A DNA stretch of 63,573 nucleotides, counting the filler, from Octopus bimaculoides (lineage: Eukaryota): the NCBI RefSeq assembly GCF_001194135.2. It is 8 parts of 7 records of this genome, joined end to end, with 100 filler letters (N's around TTAATTAATTAA, not from the genome) between each part and the next. Parts side by side here need not be neighbours in the genome. Positions count along the whole stretch, not along the records: positions 49,062 to 55,304 come from NC_069004.1; positions 55,405 to 57,736 come from NC_069005.1; positions 57,837 to 60,568 come from NW_026383184.1; positions 60,669 to 63,573 come from NC_069010.1; 4 more parts are not named here. The stretch is one strand, 5' to 3'. This document shows positions 51,869 to 63,184 of this stretch, one piece after another. Under the pieces are notes generated by a model that was not told the DNA's origin, ran no database searches, and saw only the letters and a list, made by a program, of their open reading frames with translations. The position numbers were made by a program, and so were the translations under genes. Positions within the stretch are counted from its first letter, which is position 1. The number at the start of each line of letters is the position of its first letter.

Positions 51869-52200
51869 TGAGAGAGATAGAGAGAGAGAGAGAGAGCTAG
51901 CTGGGTGTAAGGACAGCTTGGAGATTAGTGATATAATCGAGGAGAATGAAAGTACTTTGTTGTTAGCGATATAAGTACGGGTAGGCATTGAGGGTAAGGA
52001 CGGAGGGTAAGGACAGCTGACCAATTGAAAAAGTGAGGAAAAATCAGACACATACACAAAAGAACCCCAAAAGAAATAATCAATGAAATGCAACTTGAAA
52101 TACGAAGATAAAGTAGAAATTAGGTGTTAACACAAACCTCTGCAGTGTCCAGTGTGCATCAAGACTGGACAGGAGTGAGGTAAAATGCAAAAGACCAATG

Positions 52201-52440
52201 GTCGTTTAAAAGCTGAGTTAGGAAGCTGTATAATTGCCAGACAAGAACAGAGTTTAGCCATAAAGAATTATCTTCAAAATATAAACCAACCAAGTGAGAG
52301 ACAGTAAATACAGATTATTTGCAGTAAATACCAAGAAACTATTAATCACATTGTCTTGGGGTGTTCAGTTTTGGCCAAATCAGAAGATACACGAACAGAT
52401 GGCTGGGTGGGTAGTTATGGTCATTGGAAAATATGGAGAT
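52201..52440 (+). mobile_element. R4/Dong-like (RLE-type) LINE C-terminal remnant
   Basis: LKAELGSCIIARQEQSLAIKNY and CSKYQETINHIVLGCSVLAKSE resemble the AxQDQxL and CxxC-ETxxH-xxxxC motifs of R4/Dong elements. Confidence 0.65.
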
Positions 52441-52589
52441 GCGAATAAATCAGAACGGACAGCAAATGGTTTGAATACTTTACTTAGCAACACTTCGACT
52501 TTCAAGAAACAACAGCTAAGTCTTCCCTGAAATCATATTGTATTTATGTACACTATGAAAAAAAGACAGGATGCTTATAATTTGAATGT

Positions 52590-52850
52590 CCATCCATCCA
52601 TCCATCCATCCATCCATCCATCCATCCATCCTGGGAAGGTTGTGGCGTCGAGTTCGCAGGTACCTCCTCCATAGGGTCCTACGAGAAGCAACTGTCATTA
52701 GACTTTCCGGCTGGTTTCTCGGGGGTGACCAACTGAGATTATGGATGTTATCCAACCATTCTGTTCTTTGTCTACCCACAAGTCTCCTGCAGGTTGGTTC
52801 GGATAGAAGAATCCGTTTTGTGATTTTTTTCTGCGATATTCTAATCACAT
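52590..52850 (-). mobile_element. RTE LINE 3' end with (GGAT)n tail
   Basis: RILLSEPTCRRLVGRQRTEWLDNI..LSWS..VASRRTLWR is a typical RTE C-terminus, followed by the (CCAT)n array on the plus strand. Confidence 0.75.
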
Positions 52851-53518
52851 AGATTTGCACGCCTATTATTGACCTAGGGTTAAGTGACCTAATATAACTG
52901 TAAGATACACATGCGTATATAGATTGGTGAATAAACTGAAGCACTTGTAACTTGGTATTAAAGATTGGTCTCGGAAAAATAAAATTCTTAAAAGATAAAA
53001 AGATCCTTTCTGCGTAGAAAATTGAATGGAAGAGAATTGAAGATTTATCGAAATATAAGGATTTAGAAAATAAAACAAAACTAAACAAAATAGAAAGATG
53101 GCCCCGTCACTTGCAAGCACTTATGACCCGAGAGCAGACATAGACATTCTTTCGTCCCTCTTATTCCTTAACCCAGCAAAATATCGAGGATGAAAAGAGA
53201 AAGAGAGCCTGTTCGAACCCTGGTACAAATTTTCTACTGGTTTGACTGGAGTATCATGCCTTGATCAAAGACACAACACGCCAGCTGATCCAGGAACCGA
53301 ACCCACGACATTTTCATATGAGTCCAAATCACTAACCAGTAGGCCACGCAACTTAACAAATAAGAAAGGATATAAATAAAATGTAAAGTATTAATAAATA
53401 AAGGCTGTTATAACTCTAATAACTGAATCAATTGAGTACAGCGGAAACCCCTATCCTTTGTTTGAAAGGAGATTGGAGAAGGGGATGATTAGATCGCTTG
53501 TGGTGGCATAAGGGTTTT

Positions 53519-53592
53519 GGCCGGTTGGCTCAGTTGGTTAGAGCGTCGTGCTAATAACGCGAATGTCGGAGGCTCGTGCCCCATACTGGTCA
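53519..53592 (+). tRNA. tRNA-Ile (AAT), probable pseudogene
   Basis: GGCCGGTTGGCTCAGTTGGTTAGAGCGTCGTGCTAATAACGCGA...ACTGGTCA: acceptor, D and anticodon arms pair, but the T-arm/B-box is GGAGG-CTCGTGC-CCCAT instead of ...GG-TTCGATC-CC.... T-runs follow. Confidence 0.85.
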
Positions 53593-53749
53593 AGAAATTT
53601 TGTGTTTTTATTTTCTGGCCTTATGCCAAAATTTGAAACCGTTAGTATTAGAGTTAAAGTTAAATGGTATCTCTTGTTATAATTGGAAGCCTTTGGGAGT
53701 AATGGAAGCAAACAGAAAATGGTAGAAATACAATTTCAGACAGCATACG

Positions 53750-53846
53750 CTTACATATGGTATATATGTACACACACTACAAAGACTATACACTACGGAC
53801 AAAAATCGTGCACACACTACAGGCAAAATTTACAGATTCTGTAGAC

Positions 53847-53898
<52 letters not shown>

Positions 53899-54115
53899 CT
53901 ACAGATAGTATGCATCAGCATAAACTTCAACATACATGTACACACATTGCAGAAGACATATATGTACACATGTTGCAGACAACAAATATCTATACATACT
54001 ATACACATCAATGTGCACACACTGCCAACAACATACATATACACACACTATAGACAACATACGTGTACATCCACCACACACGATATACATGTGTGCACGT
54101 TAAAATAATGTTCAT
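53750..54115. repeat. Degenerate ACACACTACAGAC-type low-complexity tandem repeat
   Basis: Recurrent CACACACTAC/TACAGA/CATACAT motifs. Confidence 0.55.
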
Positions 54116-54120
54116 CTACA

Positions 54121-54430
54121 GACAGGAGCGGTTGTGGGGTAAGAAGCTCGCTTCCCAACCACATGGTTCCGGGTTCAGTCCCACTGCGTGGCACCTTGGT
54201 CAAGCGTCTTCTACTATAACCTCGGGCCGACCAAAGCCTCGTGAGTGGATTTGATAGACGGAAACTGAAAGAAGCCCGTCGTATATATATATACTTATGT
54301 ATGTGTGTGTCTGTGTCTCACCACCACCCACCATCGCTTGACAACCGATATTGGTGTGTTTGCGTCCCCGTAACTTAGCAGTTCGGCAAAAGAGACCGAT
54401 AGAATAAGTACTAGGCTTACAAAGAGTAAG
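54121..54430 (+). mobile_element. tRNA-derived SINE (main family), young copy, 3'-truncated
   Basis: CpG-retaining head CCACATGGTTCCGGGTTCAGTCCCACTGCGTGGCACCTTGG through GACCGATAGAATAAGTACTAGGCTTACAAAG. Confidence 0.9.
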
Positions 54431-55242
54431 CCCTGATCAAAAAGCAGACCCATGATCTAACACATTCTTTATTAATATGTCGAATCACATTAACCCATGT
54501 AGCTTGTCATTTTTCACGTAAAGGACAGTATTTTAGATTTGACTGCTATTTCTTGCGACCAGGCGACCACACAGATGCTCTCACTGTCGTTCTATATAAA
54601 ATTGTTGTTGTTGCTGTTGTTTAAGTAAATCCTTACCGAGCAGACGACCTTATGACACGGTAGGGACAAAGCGCCGTAGTCTTAACCTTCCTGCTTTTAG
54701 ATATAACTTATTTCACACAATCTTTCCTAGTATGCCGTTCCTTTTCCTTTATAAGAATTTGGCTGCTGTTTCTAACAGGTCATGAGATCACATAGAAGAT
54801 CTCTTGCTTAAGCTGCTGCTGCTATTGTTGTTGTTGTTTAACCCCAGGTCAGCTCCGATCATATAGACTTAGGATTAATGTGTGACATCCAATTAACACC
54901 TCTATCTTATTTGAAAACAACGTCTCCAGGACCACATTATCCGCGCCTGCTTTTGCCAGAGGTTAATGTAGCTTCTGTTTTTAGAAAATCGCTCCACTAC
55001 ACTCAGGTTCCTTCGCTAACTCGTCCTAGTCTAGGTGATAAGGATTAGAGTTATGTTGGTGCATATTGGATGTCGGAATTTTCAGATTAGAGAAGCGTGC
55101 AAGAATATATTCAAACCAAAGAAGGACAAAATGACGGGTGCACATAGTGGACTACGGTCAGCGTGTAGAAAGGGAGTCACGTGAATAAACAAACAAACAA
55201 AACAAACTACGATAAGCTCAGAGCAGAAAATCAGCTTCGAGC

Positions 55243-55304
<62 letters not shown>

Positions 55305-55404
55305 NNNNNNNNNNNNNNNNNNNNNNNNNNNNNNNNNNNNNNNNNNNNTTAATTAATTAANNNNNNNNNNNNNNNNNNNNNNNNNNNNNNNNNNNNNNNN
55401 NNNN

Positions 55405-55570
55405 GGCACATAAAAGCACCCACTACACTCTCGGAGTGGTTGGCGTTAGGAAGGGCATCCAGCTGTAGAAACTCTGCCAAATCAGATTGGAGCCTGGTGT
55501 TGCCATCCGGTTTCACCAGTCCTCAGTCAAATCGTCCAACCCATGCCAGCACGGAAAGCGGACGTTAAAC

Positions 55571-55612
<42 letters not shown>
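55405..55612 (+). mobile_element. LINE (probably RTE) 3' tail with (GAT)n
   Basis: GGCACATAAAAGCACCCACTACACTCTCGGAGTGG...GGACGTTAAAC(GAT)n; same family as 4228-4705. Confidence 0.85.
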
Positions 55613-55613
<1 letters not shown>

Positions 55614-56040
55614 GCTAATGTGGCAAGCTGGCTGAATCATTAGGGTACAGGACAAAATGCTTAGCAGTAGTATTTCATCTGTCTTTACATTCTGAGTTCA
55701 AATTCCACCAACATCACCTTTGACTATGTGCACTGGGGCGGATATAATTGACTTAGCCCTCCTCCAAACTTGCTGGTCTTGTGGTAAAATTTGAAACTAA
55801 TATTATTATGATTGCTATCAAAAACCTCCCACCACCACTACCACTGCAGTCTGTGACAGTGTTGCTATACACATGCACATAGACAAGCCACAATCAAAGA
55901 AGTGAGAATGCTTAAAACATTTATAATGTAGATAGATCTACAGTTATTCATTTGAAAGTCTTAGCTGTGGAGATTACAAGAGTTTCATGTATTCTAATTA
56001 AGCTGTATTGGATACAAGCATATACTGCTTAAATAATTAA

Positions 56041-56256
56041 CACTCTGGTGTTTAAACTGGTGATATCAGGCCAAAATACTCTACCTTATTTTATGTTCAA
56101 ACCAGTCAGACCTCTCACACCTATCCTACAACGTCATTCTAAAAATAAACAATTGTGTAATCAAAATCTTGAAGCTATGAGATAATACATGATTAATTCA
56201 AAAGAAGGTGAATAAATAAGCGTCACATTTGACAGAGTAATCTGAATGCTAAAGGA
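56041..56256. mobile_element. piggyBac-type MITE (216 bp), second copy
   Basis: TTAA-flanked, ends ...CTAAAGGA-TTAA; internal sequence is homologous to 14861-15076. Confidence 0.8.
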
Positions 56257-56296
56257 TTAAAATTGAAAACTCAAACAAGTGAACCAAGAATGTTAA

Positions 56297-56726
56297 TCAT
56301 CATCATCCTCATCATCGTTGTTTAACATCCGTTTTCCATGCTGGCATGGGTTGGACGGTTTGACTGAGGTCTGAAGAGCCAGCAGCTGCACCAGGCTCCA
56401 ATCTCTGATCTGGCAATATTTCTACAGCTGGATGCCCTTCCGAATGCCAACCACTCCGAGAGTGTAGTGGATGCTTTTTATGTGCCACCAGCACAGGAGC
56501 CAGTCAGGTGGGCCTGGCAATGATGATCATATTTGGATGGTGCTTTTTACGCGCCACCAGCACAGGAGCCAGTCAGCGAGTACTGGCATTGGTCATGATC
56601 GATTAGTGCTTTTTATGTGCCACCAGCATGGGAGCCAGTCAGGCAGACCTGGCATCGATCATGTTTGGATGGTGCGTTTTACATGCCACCGGCACGGCAG
56701 CCACTCTGGGGGTACTGGCATTGATC
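56297..56726 (-). mobile_element. LINE (probably RTE) 3' UTR with ~65-bp subrepeats
   Basis: Reverse complement of the 4228-4705 element, including the subrepeats. Confidence 0.8.
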
Positions 56727-56874
56727 NNNNNNNNNNNNNNNNNNNNNNNNNNNNNNNNNNNNNNNNNNNNNNNNNNNNNNNNNNNNNNNNNNNNNNNNNN
56801 NNNNNNNNNNNNNNNNNNNNNNNNTTTCAATTAAAAACAAATTAAGTTTCTCGTTATTATTTCTCTACTTTTAG

Positions 56875-56963
56875 TATCCAGCAGGCAGCTTCAGCCGAAT
56901 TGAAGGCCAATGGAGAAATCACATATTACCAAACATGAAGAATTTAAACCAGCCTTTTGCAAG
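56875..56963 (+). CDS. Candidate orphan exon (YPAGSFSRIEGQWRNHILPNMKNLNQPFA)
   Basis: Acceptor ttatttctctacttttag| and consensus donor AAG|gtgagt; 89 nt, only one of the three frames is open. Confidence 0.55.
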
Positions 56964-57389
56964 GTGAGTTGTTCTGATTAGATGGGATTCCTTTAATTTC
57001 CTTTCATTTCATACTTGATAGAGAGATAACTATGAAATCACATGGCCTAGTGGTTAGGGTGTCATGCTCACAATAGCTAGGTGAAGGGTTCATTCTCAGA
57101 TGGAGCATGGCTCTGCATTTTTGTGCAAGACACTTAGTTTTTGCATTGATCTGGTACATTCAGTTTAATTTGAGTATATCAGTGAAACCGGGTGGTTAAC
57201 TGTGGAATGGACTGGCATCCCAATCAGGGTAGAGTCTTGCACTTGCTGTGTGAAAGACTTGAAAATCCAGATATGCTCTAGTCCCATGAATTCAAGGCAG
57301 ACTGAAAAAAGGAGTTAGGTCATCCTCATCACCATCTTCAGCATCACACTGCAGCCTTACAACACATCACAACTGAAAATCCATAATAA

Positions 57390-57735
57390 AGAGAATGAAT
57401 GGGAGAAAGAGAGCCTGCCATATGTCGACCCAATAGAGGGACCAGCTATCCGAGTTGATAGTACCAGAGTAGATAAAGCAATTAAGAGTATGAAGACCGG
57501 GAAAGCCCCCGGCCCATCAGGAATCACTGCAGAGATGCTCAAAATATCTGGCAGTGTTGGCTATAGCCTAGTCACCCGTATTACGAACCAGGTGATACAC
57601 GAAGGAGTCATACCCAATGACTGGTGTAGCAGCATCATAGTCAACTGCTACAAAGGTAAAGGGGACGCTTTAGATACAAATAATTACAGAGGCATCAAGC
57701 TGTTAGATCAGGTTATGAAAGTTACAGAGAGGGTC
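57390..57735 (+). mobile_element. RTE-clade LINE ORF fragment
   Basis: MKTGKAPGPSGITAEMLK...WCSSIIVNCYKGKGDALDTNNYRGIKLLDQVMKVTERV; runs into a gap. Confidence 0.9.
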
Positions 57736-57836
57736 ANNNNNNNNNNNNNNNNNNNNNNNNNNNNNNNNNNNNNNNNNNNNTTAATTAATTAANNNNNNNN
57801 NNNNNNNNNNNNNNNNNNNNNNNNNNNNNNNNNNNN

Positions 57837-58965
57837 GTGGTTAGGAAAGAACTTCAGACTCGCTTGTCCAGCATTGAAACTGCTGCCGCATGGGAAGGTT
57901 TTCGAGACCAGGTTGTTCAATGTGCAGCCGAAACCCTGGGATATGTTACTGTCAGACACAGAGACTGGTTTGACAAGAATGATGCTGAAGTTCAGCGACT
58001 ATTGGTGGTAAAGCTCCATGCCCACAGTGTATTGCTACACAGAGAACTGTCTACTCTACTGTGCAGTGAAGTCTAGCACTTGCCCACTATAAGCGTGTAA
58101 AATCACTACTGCAGCAATCTCTCAGGAAGATGCAGAACACTTGGTGGGAGGATCTTGCTCGTGATGTTCAGGCTGCTGCTGATGCAAATGACAGCAAGAA
58201 GCTTTACCATCTTATGAAGCGAGCTTATGGACCTAAGAGCTCCACATCAGCTCCTTTGCTTTCCAAGGAGTCTTCCACCCTGTTTACTAAATCAACAGAA
58301 ATCACAGGTTACTGCACCGAACACTTCTCTGAACTCCTAAACCATGTGTCAGTTGTGGATGAAACAGTAACTGATACTATGCAACAAAGACCTATCATTG
58401 GCTCCTTAGACTCTTCGCCCTTAATAGATGAAGTAATGACATCAATAAGTAAATTGAATCTTGCTAGGGCACCTGGAAAGGATGGAATTTGTGCTGAGGT
58501 CTTGCGATTTGGTGGTAATTACATCACACAGTCCCTTCATGAACATATTAGTGCAGTCTGGAGGGATGGTGCAATCCCTAACGACTGGAAGGATGCAATT
58601 ATTCTTCCTCTATATAAAGGAAAAGGAACCAGAACAATGTGTGAATGGAAGGAGACTGCGGCAGAAACCAAGGCTGCGCTTTAAGGACTGTGTCAAGCCC
58701 TCATTAAAGGCCTGTGATATGCAGGACTCTGACTGGGAGAACAATGCCTGCTTCCTCCATGGATGGAGGAAGCAGGTTAAGGAGGAGATCGACACTTTTG
58801 AGAGAGCACGTATCCAGCATGAAGAACTTAAACAAGCTGCATGAAAGCGCACGGCTCGTATAGTGAATGGGGAAAGCTTAATCTGCAATGTTTGCAGTTG
58901 TGTATGCTTGTCAAGAGCAGGGCTCATTAGCCACCAACGGAGTCGCAAATGCAAAATATAAGTTA
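57837..58965 (+). mobile_element. RTE/BovB-like LINE with the RT core deleted
   Basis: HRDWFDKND, AAADANDSKKLY, APGKDGICAE, IPNDWKDAIILPLYKGKG, then directly GRRLRQKPRLRFKDCVK and a C-terminal CxxC..H zinc finger. Confidence 0.85.
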
Positions 58966-59127
58966 GTCCTAGAGCGCACAATGTTCCTGAAGGTTGGCAA
59001 TGGTCTTCCTCGGTCACAAGTGGACGGCCATCATATATATATGTGTATATATGTATATATGTGTGTCGATATATACATATGTGTATGTATATATGTGTGT
59101 GTATATATATTTTGTTGGATGGCCGTT

Positions 59128-59462
59128 TACTGTTCAGAAGTTCATCCTTCTTCTGACGGGCCTTATTTTTCATCCCGCAGGGTGTCCAACAATACCCTCT
59201 TCACCCAGCAAGCCTGGTGGTGTTGCCAGTTTAGTCGATGATGACTAGACCTTGCGGCAGGTTGTACTGGATTACATGTTACAAGTAGCACTGAGGAGTA
59301 ACCTGACACATTTTGTAATCCAGTACAACATCTTGCATTGTCATGTCATCAGTGACTAAACTGGCAACCCCACAAGGCTTGCTTGGTGAGGAAGATGTTG
59401 TTGAACAACCTGCTAGATGAAAAATAAGAACCATCAAACGGCGAATGAACTCCTGAACAGTC
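59128..59462. repeat. Diverged inverted repeat (arms 59128-59276 and 59314-59462, 37-bp spacer)
   Basis: CTGTTCAGAAGTTCAT...CAAGCC..GTTGCCAGTTTAGTC...GTTGTACTGGATTACA recurs as its reverse complement; both strands translate to similar peptides in the ORF track. Confidence 0.85.
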
Positions 59463-59464
59463 AA

Positions 59465-60568
59465 TGTCTTTATTAACCATGTGGTTGAGAAAAAGAGAGG
59501 ACAATACAAGGACAGAAAAACAAGCATTGGGGTCAGGGGAGTGAATGAGACAAAATGTATGAATGAACAATTAAAATACATACAATTAAATGAGAATGAG
59601 TGATTTACAAAAATGAAGCAGAAGACGCGGTCGACCCCACAAACCACATACTCACACTGAATACTTTGCTTTGTCCTTTTTTTGTTCTCATTTAGACTAG
59701 TTCTTGCACTTGCAACATACTTGCTACAGACTTCCATCTTTTACTAAACACACTTTGCGACAGGCATTTCTTCTTCAGCCTTATTTTCCATTTCATGTGG
59801 AAAACGAAACAGTCGAGTAGCTTGAGACTGGAGATGAACTTGCCTGTTGCAATTCCTTTCACTCTCATCTTCCATACTACCTCTTTCACAACAGCAACTA
59901 CCGAAAGAAAACAGACTCGCTCCTCCCTATTCAGAGAGAGCGGCGGAACGATCTTAATTACAGATTCGCTCAACAGTTGTACTCTTCTTGAATGTGACAG
60001 CAGGTGTTCGACATAAGCCCGGAGTTCAGCCACCTTGGGGCATTGCACAATCACATGCAGAACAGTTTCACTGTCCTGTTTGCATCTTGCACAAACCGGT
60101 GAAGACACACACCCATGTCTAAAGAGCTTATCTCAAACCAGTAAAGCTCCTTTGTAACACTGTCAGGCCAGGGACTTTTGGTCATTATCCATAGGCCCTG
60201 GCCCAAATGTTCTTTGGAATAGGTTGGCCAGTTGATCTTCATCGAAGCCTAGGGTTTCTCTCAAGACATCGTTACACTTGAACTCTACTAACCCACTATA
60301 GAAGAACGAGATAGAACCCCCACCACCGGCGTTGCCCAAATGAAAGAGAAGCACGAGTGCCTGATGGCACTCTGCATGCCACACGCCCAACCTCGGTCTA
60401 CACTTGATCCATGGGTCCAGTTTGGTAAATGATGTGAACTGTGGAAATAGCAGCCTGACGAGCAGGGACCACACCTGCTCACGGTCCTGGTAAAGCCAGA
60501 GGTTCCTAAGCCTCAGTGCATGTCTGCACGTTTTTAGCCACGGCATCCCTAGCCCACCCTTCAGCAAC
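59465..60568 (-). mobile_element. Tx1/L1-clade LINE ORF2 3' part with zf-RVT and 3' UTR
   Basis: GGLGMPWLKT..LRLRNL post-RT motif, CARCKQDSETVLHVIVQCP CCHC finger, AATAAA near 59470. Confidence 0.88.
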
Positions 60569-60668
60569 NNNNNNNNNNNNNNNNNNNNNNNNNNNNNNNN
60601 NNNNNNNNNNNNTTAATTAATTAANNNNNNNNNNNNNNNNNNNNNNNNNNNNNNNNNNNNNNNNNNNN

Positions 60669-60715
<47 letters not shown>

Positions 60716-60792
60716 CTATGCGATAACAGCAGAAATGTTAGATGTTGAAGATAAAAAGTTGATCTGGGTTTAAGTATTAAGTTGCCACTCAC

Positions 60793-61350
60793 CGATTTAC
60801 GTGTGTCAGATGATCCAAGCAAACTCCGATTAAAACGAATGTCACGGACGCAGCACAAGTCGTAGTCGGCCGTCGTCAGTGACAACCGACAACAAATTTA
60901 TCGCGCGCACCTACATACACATACGCTCTCTCTCATCCACACATGTACACACACACTCTTCTGTTCTCTCTCTTGTTCTTTCTTTCTTTCTTTCTCCTTT
61001 TCTCACTCTCATGCACAAGCAGATACTCTTTCTCTCTCGTTTTCTTTCTTTCTCTTTCATTTTTCTCTCTCTTTCTCTTATACTCTAACTCATTACACAC
61101 TTATATACACATATACACGTATACGTAGATACCTACACACGCACGCACACTCTCACTCACACACACATAAGGATCCACACGCGCACATGCACACATTACA
61201 TGCAAAACGCACGCATACACACACGTCTTCCACAGTCACTACGTAGTCGCTCGACCTCTCAGCCCAAAATCGCATCCAAACGAACTAACACACTAGACGA
61301 TAGAGCGGAACTGATGGGGGCGGCCGCGACTGGAACGCTGTTAAGCTAAT
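60793..61350 (-). promoter_or_regulatory. CpG-rich segment with a candidate first (non-coding) exon ending at 60793
   Basis: Consensus donor TCG|gtgagt (60792-60787), dense CpGs at 60800-60910 and 61240-61380, GGGGCGG GC-box near 61317. Confidence 0.4.
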
Positions 61351-61659
61351 GGGGAGTCAATCGACGATGACTTCGGATTAAACAACAAAATACACACACA
61401 CACACGTCTGACTTTTAGAACAGTGGATATTTAGCAGAATTGAATGACGGTCAGGCAAAATGCGTTACAGGTGTACTTTATGTTCGAAGTTCAAATGTCC
61501 CTGAGGTCAACTTTGTCTTTCATCATTCTGGAATTGATAACAGAAAATATTCGTTAAGTATCAAGCCTGATTTAAGCTTAACATACAGTTTTATGTTGTT
61601 AAGAAATGAAAGTGAATTTTGATAGAAACTGAACCCCATAATTTCATTATATTTTTCTA

Positions 61660-61829
61660 ACAGGAGTGGCTGTGTGGTAAAGTAGGTTGCTTACCAACCA
61701 CATGGTTCCGGATTCATTCCCACTGCGTGGCACCCTTGGGCAAGTGTCTTCTACTATAGCCTCGGGCCGACCAAAGCCTTGTGAGTGGATTTGGTAGACG
61801 GAAACTGAAAGCAGCCCGTCGTATATACG

Positions 61830-61860
<31 letters not shown>

Positions 61861-61885
61861 ATATGTTTGTGTGTCTGTGTTTGNN
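61660..61885 (+). mobile_element. tRNA-derived SINE (main family), 5' half
   Basis: GGAGTGGCTGTGTGG...CTTGGGCAAGTGTCTTCTACTATAGCCTCGGGCCGACCAAAGCC. Confidence 0.9.
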
Positions 61886-62277
61886 NNNNNNNNNNNNNNN
61901 NNNNNNNNNNNNNNNNNNNNNNNNNNNNNNNNNNNNNNNNNNNNNNNNNNNNNNNNNNNNNNNNNNNNNNNNNNNNNNNNNNNNNNNNNNNNNNNNNNNN
62001 NNNNNNNNNNNNNNNNNNNNNNNNNNNNNNNNNNNNNNNNNNNNNNNNNNNNNNNNNNNNNNNNNNNNNNNNNNNNNNNNNNNNNNNNNNNNNNNNNNNN
62101 NNNNNNNNNNNNNNNNNNNNNNNNNNNNNNNNNNNNNNNNNNNNNNNNNNNNNNNNNNNNNNNNNNNNNNNNNNNNNNNNNNNNNNNNNNNNNNNNNNNN
62201 NNNNNNNNNNNNNNNNNNNNNNNNNNNNNNNNNNNNNNNNNNNNAAAAAAAAAATTCACTATGACGAATTTCGGAAA

Positions 62278-62314
<37 letters not shown>

Positions 62315-62754
62315 TTTATGTACGAGAGAGAGAGTGCGTGAGTGAGAAAGAGAGTGTGCGTTTATGTGTCTGAGAAAGAGAGAGAGAGAGAGAGAGAGTT
62401 TATGTACGAGAGAGAGTGCGTGAGTGAGAAAGAGAGTGTGTGTTTATGTGTCTGAGAAAGAGAGAGAGAGAGAGAGANNNNNNNNNNAAGAGAGAGAGAG
62501 AGAGAGAGTTTATGTACGAGAGAGAGTGCGTGAGTGAGAAAGAGAGTGTGTGTTTATGTGTCTGAGAAAGAGAGAGAGAGAGAGAGAAAAGAAATGTAAT
62601 TATGCGTGTGTATATGTGTGTGTGTGTATCCGTATGCGTGTATGTGTGTTTATGGGTGTGTATATGTGTGCTTGTATGTGTGTTTATGAGTGTGTATATG
62701 TGTGTGTGTATCTGTGTGCTTGTATCTGTGTGTGTGTGAGCACGTGTGTCACTA

Positions 62755-62830
62755 TCAGCGCATGCGTACTAACATCGACACGAACCGTGTGCGGCGATCG
62801 CCATTTTCCCGTTTAATACCTTCAAACTGT
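62755..62830 (-). promoter_or_regulatory. Housekeeping-type core promoter motifs
   Basis: NRF1-like GCGCATGCGT (62758-62767) and YY1-like CGCCATTTT (62799-62807; AAAATGGCG on the minus strand) within a CpG cluster. Confidence 0.35.
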
Positions 62831-63087
62831 TTATTTCTATTGTCTCCGTAATATTACGTGTGTGTGTGTGTGTACATTATGTGTCGCTCGTTCCCGTTTC
62901 CATTGTGTGTTAAGTATCTCATTTTCCATTAAGCACATTTCTTTTACATTCAAACCTTTTCGATTTCCCGTTTTCTCCTCTCAATTATTTACAATAATTG
63001 CGGAAAACACCAAAACCCCCATCGTCTTCCTTCACACCGTAAATAGTTCTTCTTCTCTCTCTCTCTGTCTCTCTATCTCTCTCTCAT

Positions 63088-63184
<97 letters not shown>

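Noticed and set aside
62270-62600. ~70-bp GA/GT-rich unit repeated three times
   Set aside because: Low complexity and spans a 10-N gap; may be partly an assembly duplication.
62741-62746. E-box CACGTG near the promoter-like motifs
   Set aside because: Embedded at the edge of a (TG)n tract, where it arises easily by chance.
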